From: Ylistrum balloti
Lineage: Eukaryota
Length of the DNA stretch: 64,000 nt
Assembly (NCBI RefSeq): GCF_031769215.1
Contig: NW_026782237.1
Location: forward strand, 310,001-374,000
Reading direction: 5' to 3'
Under the pieces are notes generated by a model that did not search any database, had not been told where the DNA came from, and saw only the letters and a program-made list of their open reading frames with translations. The translations under genes and the position numbers were made by a program. Below are positions 35,401-50,710 of the stretch, in pieces (within the stretch, counting starts at the first letter, position 1; every line of letters begins with the position of its first letter).

Positions 35401-36719
35401 CAATATAGATTATGCACTGGTGATGCACCATTTAAGGACAACAATGAAAAATTAGCTAAATATAGATTCAATACCATAGAATAGAAGATCTTGAAACAGA
35501 TTCATTACCAGTATCAGAGGTTATGCATTTGGCAACAGGGTGGTCAACAACACCTAGAACATCCTTCCCATTTAAGTTGTGAACTCTTCTTTTAAGTAAA
35601 GACTTAACAAGCACTAGTACAAGTTCAAGCTGAAGTATTACAACCAATTAATTGAGTATTATTCTGTAGTCCCTAGATAGATGCCAATGTCCCAGAGTTC
35701 ATTATTTTATTATGATGCCTCTACTAGGATTTGACCCAGGGATCTTTGGGCATAATAGTCTTACGCTCAACCAATTGAGCTAAAGAGAAGTTGAGCAGTG
35801 ATAATGCTGCTAGTATTTATGAGTGTTACAATCGCTTACATTTTTTTTCTCTTTAAAGCATAACTCCTTTGAGTCCCTTTTTTTAGGTTCCTCCACAAAG
35901 TTTGCTAAAGTTTATCCATGAAACTATAAAATCAAACAAGGAAAGGTATTGTTCTAAAGTGGTTAATGGATTTTGTCAGATATGATTATATTTGTGATTT
36001 TAGCTTACCAAATACTTCTCAAAAAGAGCTTGAATTCATAAGTATATAATCAAAATTTAGCATTAAGTACCATATATGGTCATGAAGAGGGGGAAAGCAA
36101 AAGTTGTACAAATGAATATAAATGAATAAATTGTCATTCCAAGGGATAAGAGATAGGGTTAAACACTGCAAAAAATCATTATAGACATATAACTTAAAAC
36201 CTACTTTTCTTCTATGGCTGAGCATATTGTCATCAAATAGAAAATTATATACTTACATGTACATCATAGGTGCACAGTGTGTGAAAGATGTATGTATAAG
36301 CTGGGACCAGAACAACAATTAAGCATAAGATATATGCAGTCTTTATTGTATTGTCAAAAGCCTATATTCTTTATGGATGGCAAGACATACTGATATTTGA
36401 AAACCATTGTCTATAACTAGGTAAAACTCATAAGATGTAATGATTAGTGCTTGTATCACAAGAAATTTTAAATGCAGTGTGGAGCTTCTATTAAGGAATT
36501 TTGGTAGGAGAAGGAAAATGTACAGATTATCTTAATTCTACTTCAAATGGTCTCTAATGTTTAGTCCTAGTTTTATGTATTACATACATATGTGGTGTAA
36601 GTAGTACCTGGAATCTTCGTTCTTTCCTGAGTATATTGTGATAAATGTAGGAATGACCAACTACATGTATATAGAAATATGATGTGTAAGGTAAAGGAGT
36701 GAACAACTATAGAGAAATT

Positions 36720-39700
36720 TAGAGATATGATGTTTATGATGTAGGATTGACCAGCTATATAGAGATTTAGATATGTAATGTGTAGGAGTGACCAGCTATA
36801 TAGAGATTTAGATATGTAAGGTGTAGGAGTGACCAGTTGTATAGAGATTTAGATATGTAATGTGTAGGAGTGACCAGCTATATAGAGATTTAGATATGTA
36901 AGGTGTAGGAGTGACCAGCTGTATAGAGATTTAGATATGTAATGTGTAGGAGTGACCAGCTGTATAGAGATTTAGATATGTAATGTGTAGGAGTGACCAG
37001 CTATATAGAGATTTAGATATGTAATGTGTAGGAGTGACCAGCTATATAGAGATTTAGGTATATGATGTGTAGGACTGACCAGCTGTATAGAGATTTAGAG
37101 ATATGTGTAGGAGTGACCAGCTGTATAGAGATTTAGGTATATGATGTATAGAAGTGACCAGCTGTATAGAAATTTAGAGATATGTGTAGGAGTGACCAGC
37201 TATATAGAGATTAAGGTATATGATGTGTAGGAGTGACCAGCTATATAGAGATTTAGGTATATGATGTGTAGGAGTGACCAGCTGTATAGAGATTTAGAGA
37301 TATGTGTAGGAGTGACCAGCTGTATAGAGATTTAGGTATATGATGTATAGGAGTGACCAGCTGTATAGAAATTTAGAGATATGTGTAGGAGTGACCAGCT
37401 ATATAGAGATTAAGGTATTTGATGTGTAGGAGTGACCAGCTATATAGAGATTAAGGTATATGATGTGTAGGAGTGACCAGCTATATAGAGATTAAGGTAT
37501 ATGATGTGTAGGAGTGACCAGCTGTATAGAGATTTAGAGATATGTGTAGGAGTGACCAGCTGTATAGAGATTTAGGTATATGATGTATAGGAGTGACCAG
37601 CTGTATAGAAATTTAGAGATATGTGTAGGAGTGACCAGCTATATAGAGATTAAGGTATATGATGTGTAGGAGTGACCAGCTATATAGAGATTTAGGTATA
37701 TGATGTGTAGGAGTGACCAGCTATATAGAGATTTAGGTATATGATGTGTAGGAGTGACCAGCTATATAGAGATTTAGATATATGATGTGTAGGAGTGACC
37801 AGCTATATAGAGATTTAGGTATATGATGTGTAGGAGTGACCAGCTGTATAGATATTTAGGTATATGATGTGTAGAAGTGACCAGCTGTATAGATATTTAG
37901 GTATCTGATGTGTAGGAGTGACCAGCTATATAGAGATTTAGGTATATGATGTGTAGGAGTGACCAGCTATATAGAGATTTTGAGATACAGTGTGTAAGGT
38001 ATAGGGGTGACCAGCTTTATAGAGATACTTAGAGGTTTTTGTAGACTGTATGAGTGACCATCAGTTAATTATTCAGAGATATGATTTGCAGCATGTAGGA
38101 GTGACAAGCACTGTAGAGCTACAATGTGTAAGGTGGAGGAGTGACAAACTATATAGAGATTTAGAGATATGATGTGTAGGAGTTACCAGCTACATAGAGA
38201 TTAAGGTATATGATGTGTAGGAGTGACCAGCTGTATAGATATTTAGGTATATGATGTGTAGAAGTGACCAGCTATATAGAGATTTTGAGATACAATGTGT
38301 AAGGTATAAAAGTGACCAACTATAAAGAGATTATTACAGATCTGATGTTTAAAGTGTAGGAGTGACCAGCTGTTAAAAGGCTCAGAGATATGATTTGCAG
38401 CATGTAGGAGTGACAATCACTATAGAGCTTCAATTGTAGGAGTGACAAGCTATATAGAGATTTAGGTATATGATGTGTAGGAGTGACCAGCTGTATAGAT
38501 ATTTAGGTATATGATGTGTAGGAGTGACCAGCTATATAGAGATTAAGAGATATTATGTGTATGATGTAGGGATGAACACTTATATAGAAATTTAGAGATT
38601 TAATGTGTATGATGTGGGAGTAACTAGCTATATAAAGATTTTGAGATACAATGTGTAAGATATAGGAGTGAACAGCTAAATAGAGATATTAAGAGGTGTG
38701 TGTAGACCGTAGGAGTGACTAGCAGTTAAGGAATTCAGAGATATGATTTGCAGCATGTAGGAGTGACAAGCTATATAAAGATTTAGAGATATGATGTATA
38801 GACTGTAGGAGTGACCAGCTGTTAAGGGATTCAGAGATATGATTTGCAGCAAGTAGGAGTGACAAGCACTGTAGAGCTACAATGTGTAAGGTGGAGGAGT
38901 GACAAACTATATAGAGGTTTAGAGATATGAGTGTAGAAGTGACCAGCTTTTAAAAGATTTAAAGATATATGTAGGATTAAGGGGAGATCAGCGATATAAA
39001 GATTTAGAGATATAATGGAGAGACCAGCTGCTTTAAAATATGATGTATAGGGTGTAAGTGTGACCAACTAAATAGAGATTTTGAGAGATGAGGTGTGACC
39101 AGCTAATTAGAGATATGATGTTCAGCATGTAGGAGTGACCAGCAATTAAGAAATTTAGGGATATGATGTGAATTGTGCAGGAGTGACCTGCTGTTTAGAT
39201 ACGATGGGTAGGATTTAGGATGATCGGCTATATAGAAATTATAGATGTGCTGCATTCAGGAGTGACCAGCTGTTTAAATGTACGATGTGTAGGATGTAGG
39301 AGGGATTAGCTATTTAGAGAAATGATGTGTAGGGTGTAAATGTGACCAGCTGTTTAGAGGATTGTACAGAGAACACACAATTTAGATAGGACATTTTGAT
39401 ACAACTTTAGATTTAGAGACAGTAGAGCCAAACAACGAATTAAACTGCATCACACATTTATTTGGTCCTTCCAGGGCTCGCCGGTGATCACACCGACTTA
39501 AATTTCGAACCGTAGGAGGCCACTGAGGTGAATCAAAAGAAAATTCTAAATGGAGGGGTGCATTGGAAATAAGATGCATGTAGAATATGGAAGTGACCAG
39601 CTTTTTAGAGACATGATATACGGATGAAGATTTGAATAGCAGTGTAGAGATATGTGTACGATTGGATAGAAATAACCAACTGTTTAGATATACCATTTTT

Positions 39701-39780
39701 GGGATGTAGGAGTGACCACCTGTTTAGAAATATTTTGTGGGATGCAGCATTTAACATCTGTTTAAAATATCTCGTGTAGG
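36720..39780 (+). repeat. 38-41-bp satellite with a homogeneous core (about 36750-38000) and diverged flanks
   Basis: Unit is gtgtaggagtgaccagctatatagagatttaggtatatgat (41-bp period in the core). Confidence 0.95.
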
Positions 39781-42700
39781 ATGTAGAAGAGACAGCTGTT
39801 AAGAATGAAGTATGGAATGCTAAATTAATCAGCGGTCTGGACCATGTCATCAGAACACTGACGTTCTTCGATGAGACGATACCCGGCAACAGTGTAGTCA
39901 CGGAGACGGAAAAGGTCTAGAATTCCGATCTGCACCGACTGCAGGAGTGATCGCTATTTAAAGAGGTGAACGGTGTGATTTGCCTTGGTCAGGAAATTTG
40001 ACACACTGTCCTGTCAACGTGGTCTGTGATGCGGAGCGAAGAGACAGGGGTCTTTTAGGTTTGAGCTGAACTCTGCTGGACGAAAATGCATGTTTGCAAT
40101 GTCCAGGTTGTGCACCGTCTCTGTGCTACAGCTGTGATATTTTTGCTCAACTGTATCTAATTCTAAATCTGTATTAAAAGGTTCTATTCATTTGTATGTC
40201 TTTGATATAATTTTCAATTGTTTAATCGGCCGCATGCTCGTAGTATTCAAGGTGACCTGCTTGGGGCTCCATGTGTTGCCGCTGAGAATGTGTGTGTTAG
40301 CTAGAACGGTCCTACTTTGGTAACAGCCTTAATTGGTATCAAATTCCTGCAGCAACTTCTCATATTTTGGTTATCTCCCCAGTTCCCTTTTTCCTGTACT
40401 AACATATCTATACGATCACATTTCAATATTAATCACTTGTGAATCAAGCATTGGATATACTTATTTACTTTGTTGTTAGGTCCAAGCTATCATGGTGATA
40501 TGATATGAATGAAATCGCGTGTTGATACCATTGCAAATATGTTACACATATATGGTTAACACTATTTGTTGTTGGTTTCTATTGTTGAATGTCATGCTTG
40601 GGTTATCAAACTCGATAGCAAATGGTTACCAGATAAAGTTGACATTGACATGGTATGTACACATCTATTATAAGAATGTTTAATAATGTAGTGCAGTGTA
40701 TATGTGTATAATGCCATGTTCATGCATAATCACTTTCAGACTTGTAGAGCACGGATATCGTCAACATAGAGGGACACACTATTCCTATGTTAATTTGACA
40801 TCGTGTTGGATCTATAACATTTAACCGTGGATTTGTTTTTGTTCTGCGATATAGCCGCTTAAAAGGAAAAGACTTGAATATTAAATTGGTTTATAAAAGA
40901 ACTAATAGGTTAATTCTGGGTGTTTAAAAGTCCAAAGCCATTATGTGGGGCGCAAGTTTGGATTGAATAAACTCGAGTGACGCGTTATGTTCAGGGTCTG
41001 CTATGACAATGAATAGAACACAGCATATATTTTTATGATTGAGACTTATACACCGACCAAATGAACCAATGCTTGGAGTTGTAATTCCTTGTGTACTGGC
41101 TCGTTGGTATTGTGAAAAGTTTACCTTCATTGTCAATGGTGTGACTGGACGAGTACCAAGTTATCCCGTTCAGAATAAGCATTGAAAGTGAATCACCTCA
41201 GAATATTTGTATATCTCAACGTATTTTGTTTGCTGTCTGGTGAAATTCGTTTGAAAGAAAAATTGTCAGCTGTGACTGCAGTTGGGTGTTCAAAACATTG
41301 ATATTAGACGCAGGCATTTGTAACAAGGAGAGGATTTCTCTGCTCACAGTGATATTTCAAGTAAGTAAACATACCAGTACAATTATATGTATGGGTAAAC
41401 ACATCGAACTTCCCGAGCACAATAAATACTTCACTTTTTCCATTTCCATTTCGCCGAAAATGCTTTATGTTTATATGCTGTTTTGGTTACAAATGCTGAT
41501 GGTATCAAAGTCATACTTGGCAGACCTATCGTCGTTATTTTGGAAATTTTTAAATACGTTTGCATGATGACAGTGTTTACTTGTCTTGTGCCTTGCGATA
41601 TGTATTTTCAGAGCAGCTATATTGAAGAATTATTCGGTACAAGTTAATGTAATGCATGGGTTGACAAAGTATGATTTGAGACCAGTATGCGTAACCAATG
41701 AATTCGCGAATGCTATTAAAGTAGGATGTCTTTAAAAATATTCTGTAGCTGTTTTAATACGAAATGAATATTTTATGGATACAAACGATAAATTCCATAA
41801 TGATCTGTTAATATTAAAAAAAGGTTGAATTAATATTAAAAGTATTGACTATGTTGTGTCTGACAACAGGGACGTGGTAATCAATCGATGTGATAAAGGA
41901 AGTTGTTAATATTCATGTGAGACTTGTGATATTTTAATCTTTAAAATCAAATTTCCTCTTATTAAACAGACAACCCATATGATAAAGTAGTAGTGCAGTA
42001 TACACCACAGCTCATCATACAACCATTAGATAAATGTATAAATTCCATCAGGTAACTGAATTATTGGGATATAACGTGGTTCTTTTTTCGGTATTCAATA
42101 ATCATTGATTTATTCATCTACCCTTGATCTTTGTTTAATTACCTTTCTAAAGCATTTTCCTTAATTTGTCGTATTCTAACTAATACTTGTAGCATTTCTA
42201 AGACCTGCTCTTCGTATGGTTACCAGGTAAGGTGTGCATTATTCCATGTAAATTTCATTTCAGTACTGCCTTGTCAAGTGCACCCCATTCGTGTCAAGTG
42301 TACCATTTTTATGGCAACGATACCATTTGTATATCAGTTCTACAATTTAATAAGTTTATAAGTTTCTCAAAGTTTTAAGCTTCTAGTATTGAGTAATGTA
42401 GGTTGATGAAGGCTAAGGTAAGATGGTCGCCATTATGATCTCCACAAAGGCGTTGTTTTTTTGCGCGATATACTTACGTGGGTCGGTGCTTGCTAGTACT
42501 TGTAATGTTTCTATTCCGGTTCTTACTTTCAGAAAAACTCGTAAATTTCACATGATTTTACAAAAACCAAAAGCAAAAGCAAAATAAAATAGAACAATCA
42601 AAAAAGAATGAGGAAATCGATGAATCAGAAGACGCTACCTTATGCGGAGCACATGGTGTTGTTTTTGTGCTTTCTTGAGTTTTCTCTGTTGTTCTTAATG

Positions 42701-44619
42701 CTCTGTTGTGTTTACACTCCGTGATTTTTCATGATGTTCATACAAGGTAAATGTCATTCATGAAGTGAAATATGCTCCTACTGTATATAAACTTCATTTT
42801 CAATATTTATTGTAATATCCAACCAATGTTAAGTTTACCATATTCAGTGCGATTTCATGTTCCTTTATTGATTATTGTATTCTCTATTCTGATTGCAAAG
42901 ACGTCAAGTGTCGTTCCACATACAAAATCCGTTCCGTACTTTTATACAGATATACTTTTTATAAAGAATATAGGTCACTGTACCGTCCCCTATACATCGT
43001 ATGCCATTACATTGTACAGTTTACCGTATTATTCTCAAAGTCCTAGTTTACCAACACTGTATCACAATATAACACTCATTTGTCAACTTTAAGCGTCGTA
43101 AATCACCTACTCAGTAACCTTTTTCTCAATGTCGAGTGTGTATCACTCAAACCAAGTACTCGATTTATTAAGTCAGGTGTGCATTCTCCTATTTCAAGTG
43201 TAATAAATATAATGCTAAGCATACTTTTATCCGAGGTTTGCTGTAACTTGCTAGCTACGTTTACATTCACTCGAGTAGTTGCTCAGCTCAGAAAATACAT
43301 ACGTACGCTATTCTAGAATTATCTGATGTATGAAAATCAGGAAATTTATCTAATTGTGGGTCTGCTGCACTCTCCCGTCTAAATTTCGACTTTTCTTCTG
43401 AACCCTTGGGGTTTTCGTTGTTGCCACAACGCTTCAAATTTTAGGCTTTTTAATTGTTTGGCTCTGCTGTATCTCACTCTAAATTATGAAATTGTGCTAT
43501 TCACTTGTGTTATTTTTGTACAATCTTTCATCCGGTTATACGTTGAACTTGATATCGGATTGAATTTTCCATTGCAACGAGGAAATTTCATTCAATGTTA
43601 TCGCATGATATGGTCAAAGAAATTGATTTCGAGTATACTGAGAATGGTCTTCTCTCTAAGATTCATTTTTTAAAATTGTGATAGTGGGCATGTAGTCATT
43701 CATTATGTATGTTAATTGTTACAATAACAGCTGTAGGAACCCATGTTATCATGGGCATTATGAAGGGATAGGAACACTGTCTGTTATCGAAAGAATTTTT
43801 TAAAGTGTGAATCGGTGACTTGGAAGGGACATAGGTAAATTAGAAAGTGTATTAAATCTCTCCTAAGGAGGAACGCAGTAATAGTGCTCCCTGGAGTTAT
43901 TAAAGGTGTCATACTGTCCAGGTTTACGACTGTACTTTGTTCGTCTGTACATTAAAATCAAATAAAATGTCTACACTGGACAAAGACTTCACACATAGTT
44001 AACGGTATACAGGCCCAATCTCCAATAACTAAGTTTGTATTTCACATGGATAGTGAACTGGGAAGGTGGATCTCAACAAATAGATTTGTATTGATCGTTA
44101 TTCTTCACTGCACTGAGAATGTAGTAAATTTTCACTCGCGTTTACCCTATATACCCTCTAGAGCAAGTTGATAGGGTGTGATGTGAATGGCCATGGAAAA
44201 ATAATTCATCGGCATCACAGTTAAACAGAGATACCTATGCCTAAGTAAATTGAAAGGTAGGACTTTCTGCGTGAGTGTAGAATATAATGTAGTATATGTA
44301 AGTAATATATTTACGTCTCGGTGTCTCCATTACCGCATTAAGATTGTTGTATGTGAACAAGTATAGAGATGCATTAATTAGTTTTTAAAGTACGAGGGAC
44401 AGAAGACAGTTTGCAGAAGAAATCTAAAACGTGCTCGCAGGTTATGCAATTATATATCATCCCTAATTTGTATTCCCACTAAAGATTTCTAGTGTTAGAA
44501 TGGTACCAGATGTCCACATTGCATGGTAGTGATAGATGACTAAATGCCCTTTTCCGTGTTTTTTTTTAAAAGATCCATTTCCTATAGCCTCCCTTTACAC
44601 TTACCCACTTTTGGCATTT

Positions 44620-44700
44620 AGTTAAGCTTTCACCTCTGTCAGAAGGCATTGGGTTCTGTCCCCTAGCTGGGACATACCAGCCTATAAAACGTTCATCATT
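44620..44700 (+). mobile_element. Possible decayed tRNA-derived SINE head
   Basis: agttaagctttcacctctgtcagaaggcattgggttctgtccc has A-box-like and B-box-like spacing; the similarity is weak. Confidence 0.25.
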
Positions 44701-47700
44701 CTGGTGGTATTGCATGTGACCGCTTGGATTGTCCTGTGTAACAGCACGATTGGTTCGGTTTCAGTCACGCTCTATTACAAGGAGTTGTTTGCAACCATAT
44801 TGCAGTCTCCAAAATACACACGCACCCAATACACGCACTCACCTGGCATACACATTGTAACTTAAGTATATGCTGCTTTTTATACCTCCATGATTTTATT
44901 CTCTAAAATTACAAACATTGATAATAACTGACAGTGTGCAGATGTACAAATTCTTTAATATTGAAAAATAACACAAAGCTTCTTAACATACCAAACGATG
45001 TTTGCAGCCATGGATACCACATCGTACAATAAATCGTACTCAAACTGAATAAATCAAGGATTACATTGAAAGAAGATACGAAGACTAAGAGTCCTCTGAT
45101 TTACTCACATACAGTCGTATCGTGTGTTTTTTATTTCATCAAGTTCAAGCTTTCATTATGAAATGTTTTTTGGACCCAGTTTTAGCGTAAGAGAGGTTAC
45201 TGCGAGAAGTTATATTCCGATGAATTTAGGATTATACAAAATTTTGCGTTTATTTTGCCATAGAAACATTGAATATGCAAATATCCGCATTTCATAATTA
45301 ATCCTTTTCACTTTACCGGCCTTAGTTATGATAGAGTAAATAAAAATACTGCGTCCGTAATTAGAGTAAATAAATATACTGTGTCCGTAATTTTCTGTGA
45401 GTCCTAAGTAACATGCCGATCATTATGCAGATCATTGATAAAAGATTATATTATATTCATAAGCATATAATTAAACATGTTATTCGAGTTACTATGTGAA
45501 CTGAATCGATATATTGAATGTCGTTTGCTTAATATATACAGTTGCACAAGACACCAAGAGGCCACTGTTGTATACCAGTTGTTACACACGTATTCCTTTT
45601 TAATAATACATAGCGATTGATTATCGAGCCCAAGAACTGAGGCTGCTTCAGTGACAGAGTATCGGTGTGCATAGGGGAATAACGATTTTTATAGACGCTA
45701 TTTACCTACTTGTTATATGGATTCAATTTAAAACTTTTTTCCATTATGTTTAATTTTGATTTTGAACTAACACTTTTTGTTGATGTATGGTAGCATAAAA
45801 ACACATACTATGGGACAAACACGATTGCTTTCATATAAAATTTCAGATTCAATTTATAAATGCATACCTCTTCAGGATAATAAATACGAGTTCCGACGTC
45901 ATCGCAAACATCCTACATTGATCATAAGAAAGTCACCAACTGTTTTTTGTTATTGTATCTGATATTACTTGGTCTACTTTCCAACAATGGTTGTCATGTA
46001 CATTGCATAACATCTAATGTTTAGTGGATCCATGTGAAATAGATACATTGATTATATACTGTCAGCGTCTGTTACACGACGAATAGAAGGTATTTTTTCT
46101 ACTTTCTTCTATTGATTTATGTGGCTTGTGTACATCCACATCCAGATTTGAAATGGTTTTTGTAATAATTTAGATTTTCTTCTCTCGCCGCACATGTTTC
46201 AACATTTACTTCAAACTGACGATTTCTAGGACGAAATAATGTATAATGCATTTTAACTCATTGTTTGGCTCTACTCTGTCTAAATTTATTTCAAAAAGTG
46301 GTATTCTTTTATGTGTCTTGTCCAATCTTGAACATGTAATTACTGAAAGGCAGAAATCCAAATTTAAGTGTTTTTCAATTACCTAAGAAGTTTCAAAGTA
46401 AATGAATTGGGAATGTTGAAAACATACAAGGATGAAAGCTTGCTTCCGCGAACATCGTATCGTATTAGCTACCACATGAAAACACTGTAGTTTGGCATTC
46501 ACGATGGTCTGAAAGACTGATTATAAAGGATGGCAAAACAATGAATTCCTTTGCATACAAAACATAAGTACGCATGCACAAATTATGACTTGACTAGTGT
46601 TAAAATGTTATGAACAAAATGGCTTCTGCCTATTCAGTTTGATTCATGATTAAAATGTGTTTGAATGACCTCCGAAGACGACAAGTTTACATTTACGAAG
46701 GTTATTAATTGAATTTGATATTATCGTTTTAGTTGACAAGCAAGAAGTCGCTAGAAGGTAATATCCAAGTCAGAAGTTCCCAGACTATTAAATGTATCTG
46801 GATTCTTAACTAGCAGTATCAGGGCTGTACGAACGTTTCTGTCATGCAGCAGCACGGTTCCATCTGTATAAAGATTGAACATGGTTGAATGGTTGCAAAT
46901 TTTACGGCTAAAGCAGTATCATTATTGAAGCATTGATGAAAAATTGCACGAAAGCTGTATTTTGCGTCAAGGAAAGAAGCTACCCTATTGTTAATGTCAG
47001 ATTCATAATGAAGTGTTACATGTACCATGGTTGGAAGCTGTCTCGGGGATTTAAGTTGATTTGACAATACACTGATATTTTTACTTGGTATAGTATAGCA
47101 TCATTGTTATAATCTCCCAGTTGTATGGTTAAAATTTGTTTAGTCTAGTCATTCAATGACTTAGATTTTCCCCGTATTATTCTATGTGAAAATGATTCAC
47201 CAGTTCCCTGCAGATTCGGTGGTGCCTTAATTGAATTTCGAATAATGGCTACAAAAAGATGAGCATAGGTAATTAGATCTCGGTTGCATTGGCTTCACCA
47301 TCAGCAAAACTTCTACATAATAATATTAATGAGTCAGTTGTGATGAATATGTGACTGCTTTCCTCTTCTTTATTGATTTACTCTTGTGTATTGACATCCG
47401 TATTGGTACTGCTATATAGTATATTTCATATTATTGATTCGGTTCCTTCCAAGTCATACTAATTATTCTATTATTTAGAATGTTAGAGCTGTGGGGTAGA
47501 TCACCTTCATCGATACAATTACTCTTTGTGGAAATAAGATAATGTCTTGCTGTAAATTTCTCGTGTTTTGTATTGTTAACCGATGTCTTGCCTTAAAAGC
47601 TATCGTAAAATTAGCTTGATATTAAGATTGTTACAAATCAATGTTTTGATTTGAACTGTTAATATTTCTTGATTATATGATTGTGGCATGGTAGTCACAC

Positions 47701-50214
47701 CTTTAATATGACCAAAATCAAGGATGTGAAATATGCTTGTGGTTTTTACCAACAGTACACTGTACTTTTAAATGTTTTCGTGAAACTTAATACGCTATGT
47801 CATTGCATTCGACGTTATGGCGTTATTTGTGTATTTCATAATAATTATATATTTGAACAGCTTTATACGTGTTTTCCTATGCTTTCTTTAACAAATGATT
47901 GCATTTTAAATATTTTTTTTTAACATTGCGCGAAAACTTTTCAAGACAGGAGTTTAAACCTTTATAAGCGAAGATAATATCCCTTTATATAAATCTGTGG
48001 TACAAAATGCCCCTGTTTACTTTATTCATAATATTTTACGTATTCAGGGTAGTTTTATATCTTTAGAAATGTCACGATTTGCTTATATCTACATAGTTTG
48101 TTGATATTGATTATTTCTTATCTACTATACACAAGGACAAGTCATATACACCCTGTATGAACATATACCGATTTTGTCTGCCAACCTTGGTAATGGAGGT
48201 GAATCAAGAGAACAGAAAAAAGCAATACGAAATGACGTTTGCCATTCGGATGTACTTATCATTGAACGAGTCTTCAGGCTATAAAATCGTTGTATATTAG
48301 AAAACAACATATGAAATTCTTCACTGTTATTGAAATTATTGAAATGTTATTTCTTAAAAGATTTTGTCGCCCTTGCGTTCCGATATTGTCCCTTTGATGA
48401 TTCTTGATAATGTGTTACATTTACCAGGAAATTTCTGATCAGTTGTGTCAATATCAGGTAAACGCCCTTGTTCATCTTAGCTCATATATATTCTTTTCGT
48501 GTGTAAAAAAATGCCAGTTCAAAAAACGAATAAGCCAATAAATAACTACAGATACGGGATGATTGGGATTATTGATGGTCCCGCATTGAGATGCGGTAGT
48601 CCTGTAATAGTCGAATTTCTATTCTTATCATTTAAAATTCAAAACCATTTTTTGCGTTTCCTGCGTAATGTTGATAAAAGGATCCAAATTTTTACATTAA
48701 CGGTTGCCTTTGGTTTTTTTAGGAAGTCTTTTCTTAGTCAATTGATTGGACATCAACGAGGCAGCTGATCAATTTAATGGTCAATGGGTCATTGTCTTGA
48801 TATTTATCTTTTATCTGGTAAACATTTAGTATATGAGGAAGCAAAATGTTAAATAATCAAAGAAGTGGTCAAATGTCAGTATCATCGGGTCAATGAGGAA
48901 GTTCCAATATTGTGTCTCGTAAATGGTAAAAATTGTTCTCTGTATGTAGTGGAATATATCGGAATTTAATCAAGGGTTAGCTAACCAAATATCTGCCGTG
49001 CGGTTACATTATCGAAGAATCAAAACGGCCTTATCATGGATTAATACACTTCAACCATGTACTTCACAATTAGACTCAGAAATTGTGGAACCCTCTTCTG
49101 ATGTATCAGTGATCTCGTTATTTTGGTTATATACAGGTGATTCTATTTAATCTACTTCTCAAAAGCACGTTTGCGATGCTGCGTACACCACCTTCTGCTA
49201 TTCTGAAAGTGAACACGAATCATCAAAATCGGGTGGAGAAAGAACCATGCATTTTACATGGACTAACGACTGCTCACCTTATGTTGAATGGACTGCGTAC
49301 TATAGCACCAAATACTAAGTTCAGTTTTATTTCTATAACCAAGAACAGAAATATCAGAAACGCTTCAATGCTAATGTCTTTATTCAAACAGCACATGTGG
49401 TTTGAATAAGTGTTGATCCTCAACCTAACCAAACAAACGTAAACGAATAATCTTAAAAATAAACTGAATTATGTTTCATACAATCAGGTACAATGTACAC
49501 TGTACATGCTTGCCATCTTTGATTTTACCACTGCAAATCTGTCGTTGATTTTTCCTGGAGAAATACTAGATTAATGTTTCTCAAATTTGATATGTAGGTT
49601 TATTGTTTGTTGATGTTACCTTGTGACGAATTCACTTGTCAATAGAACATGTTACCAACAAATAAGAGAAATGGAAAGAGAAGGTAAACATTCCACAAAT
49701 AAAGAACCAACTAAGATCATACATTTTAGGTGTCAAGATCCGTTTGGGATCTCTTGAATATATACACTTTGTGTAGGGCACTTGTATATTACCGTCGTTA
49801 TAAGATTTTTTTTGCAATATGGACATTTTTAAAGTCGAACTCGTGTATTGTTATGGCGGATCCATGTTGATAATTCCACTTGTTTTCCTGTTTAAGAACG
49901 ATTTCAGCACTACCCTAACAGTTACACTAAATGTGTCATGAACATACAGACAGAATGGGTTAAGGAATATTTATGAGGACAATAATGGTCGTTCGTGCAT
50001 CTTCACTAAAGGTCCAACAGAATTATAATATGCAGTTTTATCTAATGAATTTGAGTATTTATGAAAGTAAAACACTCTTTCATTATTCTTTCTCGTTTCC
50101 TATTCATTGAAAAATTCTAAGAAAAAGTTCAAGTGCAAGCATTATTAGTCTTTTAAAAATCGATAAAAGTGTGAATGTTTAATCTACCGTAGAGCATCAT
50201 TCGTGCGCTTGTCT

Positions 50215-50710
50215 GATCGATATATGATAGATAAGCCAGTCTTGCGCTTCTCTAATTTATAAATCTATAAGTGATTAAGGTTAACCTTGTGCTTCTTTTA
50301 GTTATATATGATCGGTCAGTCGCGAGATTCTCTCACCTATAATCATATATGATAGGTCAGTTGTGCCTCTCTTTAATATATAAATCTTTATATGATTGGT
50401 CGATTGTATGTTTCTCTAATTTATATTTAGGACGTCAGTCGTGCGCCTATCTTATCTATATAATAGGTCAATCGTGCGCGTACGTTACATATGATAGGTC
50501 AGATATGCGATTCTCTCATCTATAAATCTACATAGGATAAGTCAACCTTGCGCTTCTCTGATTTATAAATCTATATATGAAATGTCAGGCGTGCGCCTGC
50601 ATAATCTGTTCATAATAGGTCAGTTGTGCGCCCATCTTACAGTGTGATAGGTCAACTTTGCGCTTCTCTAATTTACATATGATATATCAGTCATGCGCTC
50701 CTTTTATTAG
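50215..50710 (+). repeat. Degenerate tandem repeat of roughly 40 bp
   Basis: Recurring atatgataggtcagt(c/t)gtgcgc(t/c)tctct...ataaatct motifs. Confidence 0.75.
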
